Shown: positions 58,281 to 64,000 of the stretch, in pieces
Position numbering within the stretch: position 1 is the stretch's first letter
Layout: the number at the start of each line of letters is the position of its first letter
Assembly (NCBI RefSeq): GCF_006345805.1
Contig: NC_043000.1
Span: forward strand, 107,198,001-107,262,000
Source of the DNA: Octopus sinensis
Taxonomy: Eukaryota
Length of the DNA: 64,000 nt
Direction: 5' to 3'
Program-made: the position numbers and the translations under genes
The notes under the pieces: model-generated
What the model was told of the DNA's origin: nothing
Seen by the model: only the letters and a program-made list of their open reading frames with translations
Databases searched by the model: none

Positions 58281-59545
58281 TTGTTTGCATCAAATGTGGA
58301 AGTGATATATCTCGACTTTGCAAAGGTCTTTGATAAAGTCGATCATGGAATGATATGTCACAAACTGCGTGATCTTAGCATAGCTGGAAAACTGGTAGAA
58401 TGGCTTCATGACTTTCTGAAGGATAGAAGTCAGGTGGCCACTTCCATTAACACGCAAATAGTGAGCGGTGTTCCGCAGGGCACTGTTTTGGGACCACTAC
58501 TGTTCATAATGGCCCTCTCAGACATGCCCTCAGCCACGCAGAGAGCCACGATCACAAGTTATGCAGATGATACAAAAGTTTCACAGGCAATACAGAACCC
58601 TGAAGACACTAAACATCTGCAATGTGAGCTGGATAAAATATACAAGTGGGCTGAAAAGAATAGCATGCAGTTCAATGCTGAAAAGTTTCAAGCTTTATGC
58701 TATCAGCATGCAAAACTAAATGCAATACCCAATGAATACACTGGACCCGGAGGGATTGCAATCCCAGAGGCACAATCAGTGTGTGACCTGGGTATTTACA
58801 TGAGTGACGACACAACCTTTCATGTACGTGTTGCTAAATTGGCAATGAAATGTAGACGACTGGCCGGATGGATTCTTAGAACCTTTAGAACAAGAGAACA
58901 AGAAACCATGATGGTCCTCTGGAGGACACTTGTCCTAAGCCACTTTGACTATTGCTCTCAGCTATGGTCACCATCCAGTGTCAAGTTGATCACAGAACTT
59001 GAGGCGATCCAACAAAGCTACACGAAGAAGATAGCCTCTGTGCAACATATAAGCTACTGGGAAAGACTCAAGAGATTAAAACTCTATTCCTTGGAGCATA
59101 GGCGAGAAAGATATGCCATAATATACATCTGGAAGATCCTGGAAGGACTTGTCCCAAACTTTGGCATCGAGAGTTACACAAATGCCAGAACTGGGCGCCA
59201 CTGCGTGGTGCCAAGGACTCCAAATTTGCCATCAAGATGTAGGACAAGATACTGTGATAGCCTGGGCTTCAGAGGCCCACAGCTCTTCAATATCCTCCCG
59301 AAGAACCTGAGGGACCTGCATGGGGTGGATGCGGATGTCTTTAAAGTAGGACTGGATCTCTTCCTGTCAGGTGTCCCGGATGAACCAACTTCACGGCAGG
59401 AGGTGCAGATGAGGGCAGCTGCATCGAACTCTCTCATGCACCAAATGGCAGTTGCTAAAAAGCATTCGTGAAGTAAAATCATGTAGCAACACCAAATGGC
59501 GGTGCCCCAGCATGGCCACAGCTCGTGAGCTGAAACTAGATAAAA
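58281..59545 (+). mobile_element. 5'-truncated CR1-clade LINE, ORF2 RT and C-terminus open for 396 codons
   Basis: YLDFAKVFDKVDH, SGVPQGTVLGPLLF, YADDTK, DYCSQLWSP, SYWERLKRLKLYSLE motifs; short 3' UTR. Confidence 0.92.
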
Positions 59546-59874
59546 TTTTTTTAAAATATGTATGGTTTTCGTACATTCAAAATTATCTAGAAATTATAGG
59601 ATGTCAGTCGTCACTTCTGATTTCTATCGAATTTCACTTTCGTTATATTTAGAACAATTCAATTACATCTTTTTTTTATGACAGTTCACTGCATCTTAGC
59701 CTAAAAGTTCAATAAATGATATGAAATATATGAATTTAGGTAAAAATGGTACAATAAGCTTGGTGAAATATACACTAATTGTTCATAGTCTGTATTTTAC
59801 CAGTTCCATTCTTTACTTCATGTGGTCAAAGCCATGTGTGGAGCATATATATATGTGTGTGTGTGTGTGTATAT

Positions 59875-59967
<93 letters not shown>

Positions 59968-59973
<6 letters not shown>

Positions 59974-61207
59974 TTGGATAAAATAATGGAAACACCTAGC
60001 AGCATAACATAATTTTGAAATATCTATAAAACTGTCAAAAGCTTGTTTATTTTTGTTTTTTATTATTAGTGTTGCTTAATATGTTTTGCTAAAATTACTA
60101 TTTCTTTTCGGATATCATCAGAAAAAAGGTAATTAAAATTCATTAAAATGTCAGATCTATCGGACTTTCAAAGAGGTCAAATTGTTGGTGTTTGTATGGC
60201 AGGCACTAGCGTAGTAATGAAAACAGCCAAAATGTTTGGTGTATAAAGAAGTAACCTTGAAAGTAATGACAGCCTTTGAGAAAGAAGGAAAAACCTCCTC
60301 ATTGAAACAAAACTCCGAAAGAAAACCCAAACTTTCAGATAGGGACTGTCAGACTCTTACGCAAATTGTTAGAAAGGATTGCAAAAGTACAGCTCCCAAA
60401 ATTACTGCAGAGCTTAATGACCACCTCAAGAACCCAGTTTCCACAAAAACCAGATTTCAAGGGAGGGCTGCAATCAAAAAACCACTACTTTCAAAAAGAA
60501 ACGTTGCAAAATATTTAGAGTGGAGTAAAAATCAATAGAATTGGTTCCTAGAGCAGTGGAAAAATGTTATTTCCTCAAACGAGTCATCCTTTACTTTATT
60601 TCTGATCACAGGCCGAGTATATGTTTGATGACAGCCAAAAGAAGCATTTGACCCAGACTGCCTTCTTCCAACTGTTAAACATGGAGGAAGATCTATGATC
60701 GGGGGAGGTCTATATCTTGGAAATCTGCCAGCCTAATGGTTTCCTTTCATGGCAGAATTAATAGTCAAGACTATTTAAACATTTTATCTGATCACATTCA
60801 TCCTAAGATTGTGGAACTGTTTCCAGAGGGATATGCAATCTTTCAGGATGATAATGTACCAATTCACACAGCTAAAGTTGTTACTGAATGGCATGAGGAA
60901 CATTCTAGTGAAGTTGAACATCTTATCTGGCCACCACAGTCCCCAGATCTCAATATTATTGAACATTTACGGTGCATTTTAGAAAAGCAAGTAAGGGGTC
61001 GATATCCTCCACCACCATCACTACAAGAACTGGAGACTGTTTTAGCTAAAGAATGGACAAAAATTCCTTTGAAAAGAATTCAAACTTTGTACGAGTCCAT
61101 ACCTCGTAGAATTCAAACTTTAATTACTGCCAAAGGCGGTCCTACCCCGTATTAAAATTAATTTGTTTGAAATTTTAAGGTCTTTCCATTATTTCGTCCA
61201 ACTCCTG
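59968..61207 (+). mobile_element. Full-length decayed Tc1 (DD34E) transposon
   Basis: TIRs TTGGATAAAATAATGGAAACACC / GGTCTTTCCATTATTTCGTCCAACTCCTG|TA; MSDLSDFQRGQIVG, FQDDNVPIH, WPPQSPDLNIIEH. Confidence 0.92.
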
Positions 61208-61219
61208 TATCTGTGTGGG

Positions 61220-61251
<32 letters not shown>

Positions 61252-61579
61252 TACACACACACATATTTATCATGTAAATAAGTGACAATTATTCAGTAGC
61301 CATGATAAATCTCCGAGTTTCAGATGTCAGGGTGGAAACCCACGCCGGCATCTCTTTAGTTGTCGGGCCATCGAAAAAAATGCTATGAAAATGACCGTTA
61401 AAACAAAAGGAAATTACTGTGTGATTGACTGTTATTAAGACAAAAGAGCTATTAGAATGACTGCTAAGTAAGGGGAGGGAGCATGCACGTCTAATATACG
61501 CACATACCCACCCATCTATATACGTACACACACGCGCGCACAGAAGATTCATACACACGTCTATATACACACATGCTCA

Positions 61580-61705
61580 AGAAGAAGGAGAAGGAGAAGA
61601 AGGGGAGGAGGAGGAGGAGGAGGAGGAGCAGAAGAAGAAGAAGAAGAAGAAGAAGAAGAAGAAGAAGAAGAAGAAGGAGAAGAAGAAGGGGAGGAGGAGG
61701 AGGAC
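61580..61705. repeat. (GAA)n/(GAG)n polypurine microsatellite
   Basis: Directly visible. Confidence 0.95.
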
Positions 61706-61832
61706 GAAAAACACCTTAGGAATTAGAACCAGGTTCGAAATTTTCCCAAGACATGATGAAGGCTAGAAGGTATATCAGCCAAAACGTTGTGTTAACAAGA
61801 TGAGGACAAATATCCGTCAAATGTAAATAAAA
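61706..61832 (+). mobile_element. Penelope-like terminal remnant with decayed hammerhead-like motif
   Basis: ACA TGATGA A GGCT...AGCC AAAA CGTT GTGT at 61751-61792. Confidence 0.45.
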
Positions 61833-64000
61833 AGAAAATAGTTTCACACTTTCGATTTCAACCAAAATTACAGTGTTCGATTAAGAAACTGATGATGTAT
61901 AAATAATGAAAGTAATGTTTCTCCGAATTAGGCACATCTGTACTATAAAATAAAGAAAGTTGCTTAGGCGAGCTTTCGTTTTTGGCTTGCAGAGCTGTCA
62001 TCTGCCTTCGTTAATTTCTGTAAAAAATTTTTATTTATTTACTTTATGTTCTAAGGTGAAAGAGATGAGAAAATGAGAGATGTATGAACGTGTATACGAA
62101 ATGGCCGTCTGTATGTGAGAGAGGAAGAGTGAAAGATAGAGAGTGATTCAAGGAGTGTGTTGTCATGTATACGTACAGACATCAATGCATATGCATACAT
62201 CTTTTTTGTATGTACATGCGTGCATATGTGAGAGAAAGAGTGCGAATAAACGTGTGTTCTCATATATGTGTAAGTGGAACTCTCTCTCTCACACACGTCC
62301 ACTTCTTATATACATGTTCATACATTTTACACTTTCTCCTCGCTTTCACTTTAAAACAAAAGTTAATGAATAAAAACTTTTTACAAAAATAAAAAGCTGA
62401 TCCAGATGACAGTTGGTTGACACCATTGAGAGTTATTAGACAACCGCTGCTTATTATCTACCAAATAATTTGTTTTTCACTCAACTCTTTTTAACAACTA
62501 AAATAACCTCAGCCCCAACGCGGGTCGGACAATTTATAGGTCATTTTCGGACATTTCAATTTGTTTCTAATGTTTCAATTTCGTCTGAAGTTCCACGCAT
62601 GTGTAGAATTCTACTCGGACAAACATTTATGAAAATGTACACATAAATATTGCATTAAAATAAGCCACAACCAAGAAAATTTCATTAAAAGACATCAATT
62701 TCTCTCTCTGTTATGAGGAAAGAGTCTCTCTCTCACGCACAAAAAGATATATGTATAGGTAAAGAATATGCACACTAGGCGTTTAGGGTTAGGGTTACAC
62801 CGAAAACAGGTGGTGTACATATTCTTTACCTCCGCCTATTTATGTATGTGTATATGAAAGATGAGTCTGTGTGTGAGAGATAAACAAATAGATAGCAAGT
62901 GTCACACATACATGCAAAAACATCATACATCACAAAACACACCTCCACTCACTGTTTCTCTCTCTCTCACACATACACACACATGTCCATTTCATATACA
63001 CGTACATCTTTCACTTTCTCTCCTCTTTTACTTACTCCTCTCACTTCAAAACAAATGTCGCTTTTTCACTTTATCCTCTCTTGCAATTTCTGCTCTCTTC
63101 AAAGTATAAAGAAATTAAAAGAATTTTATGGAAATTAATGAACAATCATACAATCCCATAGATGTCGAGTTGACAACTTTGCTTCTTCAAACTTCCTTTG
63201 ACGCATGCACACACCACACTCTAGGTAAAACTGTGCAAATTATGTTATTTCTTGCAGTGTGCACAAGCAAATTTAAAGCTCAAATCCAAATGAAATGATC
63301 TTTTTCTATTATGTAATTTGAATTTGTGATGAGAGTATTTAAAAACCTGATCTTCAATATAAATTTAAAAGAAAGTTGTCCCAGAAATCCTGTCCTTTAC
63401 CTATTCTTTCTAGCATGTCCAACGTGACATTTCGGCTCCGTTGCCTTATTTTTTCCCAAAATTTCTTCCAATTCCTGTTTGCAATACAAGACATTAGGAC
63501 TTCACTGACAAAACATGTTCTCAATATTTTAATTTTCTCCTTCTCCACACCAAATTCATTTTTCACTTTTTTCAAATATTTTTTCTTGGTAATCCATGGA
63601 GGTAAAAGAACAGAGAGTACGAATCTTTAAGAATTTCACCCATCACCTCACCACTTTCAAAAAGCTACATACTTCTAATGTTTCATTTTTAGCTTTTTGG
63701 AAAGCGGGTAAGTTTCTTCAGAAACTGTCATTTTACCTGTTGTTTCTAGCACATCAGGTTTTCTGGTGGTGGTCTGGTATTTTTTAAGTTTGCTATTTCA
63801 ATAGAATTCTACACATGCTGGAAACAGACAAGTGAAAGTGAGTAGGTGATGGACGGGTGAGGTGGGGGAAGGGGCACTGAGTGTTTCTTTAGGAAAATAT
63901 ATGTATTTCCCAGATTCGTAATCTCTGTATTTTATACGTAGATTTAAAAAATCGAAAATGTTACAAATTAAGTAATTGCGGTGAGGATAGGGGGGGGATT

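Noticed and set aside
62782-62796. TTAGGG telomere-like repeats
   Set aside because: Only about 2.5 units; insufficient for an interstitial telomere call

Overview
AT-rich, microsatellite- and transposon-laden eukaryotic genomic DNA. The SINE families look like those of octopus/coleoid cephalopods (inference from recognition, not a search). One spliced protein-coding gene is reconstructed on the minus strand (about 51768 down to 7006, 8-9 exons with GT-AG boundaries and matching phases, about 626 aa if the one uncertain upstream exon is included). It encodes a degenerate HLH motif followed closely by a divergent HBP1/CIC/BBX-like HMG box, a domain pairing reminiscent of vertebrate MEIOSIN/BHMG1. 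Most of these exons are missed or mis-framed by the ORF track. The rest is repeats: mariner/Tc1 elements and MITEs, hAT, Tigger, piggyBac-type MITEs, Helitron fragments, RTE, CR1, Tx1/L1 and R4/Dong-like LINE remnants, and at least four SINE-like families. Other notable items are a composite element with tandem 363-bp and 157-bp units, minimal hammerhead-ribozyme-like motifs, a SINE/LINE shared 3' tail, and several closely spaced inverted-repeat pairs inside the gene's introns.
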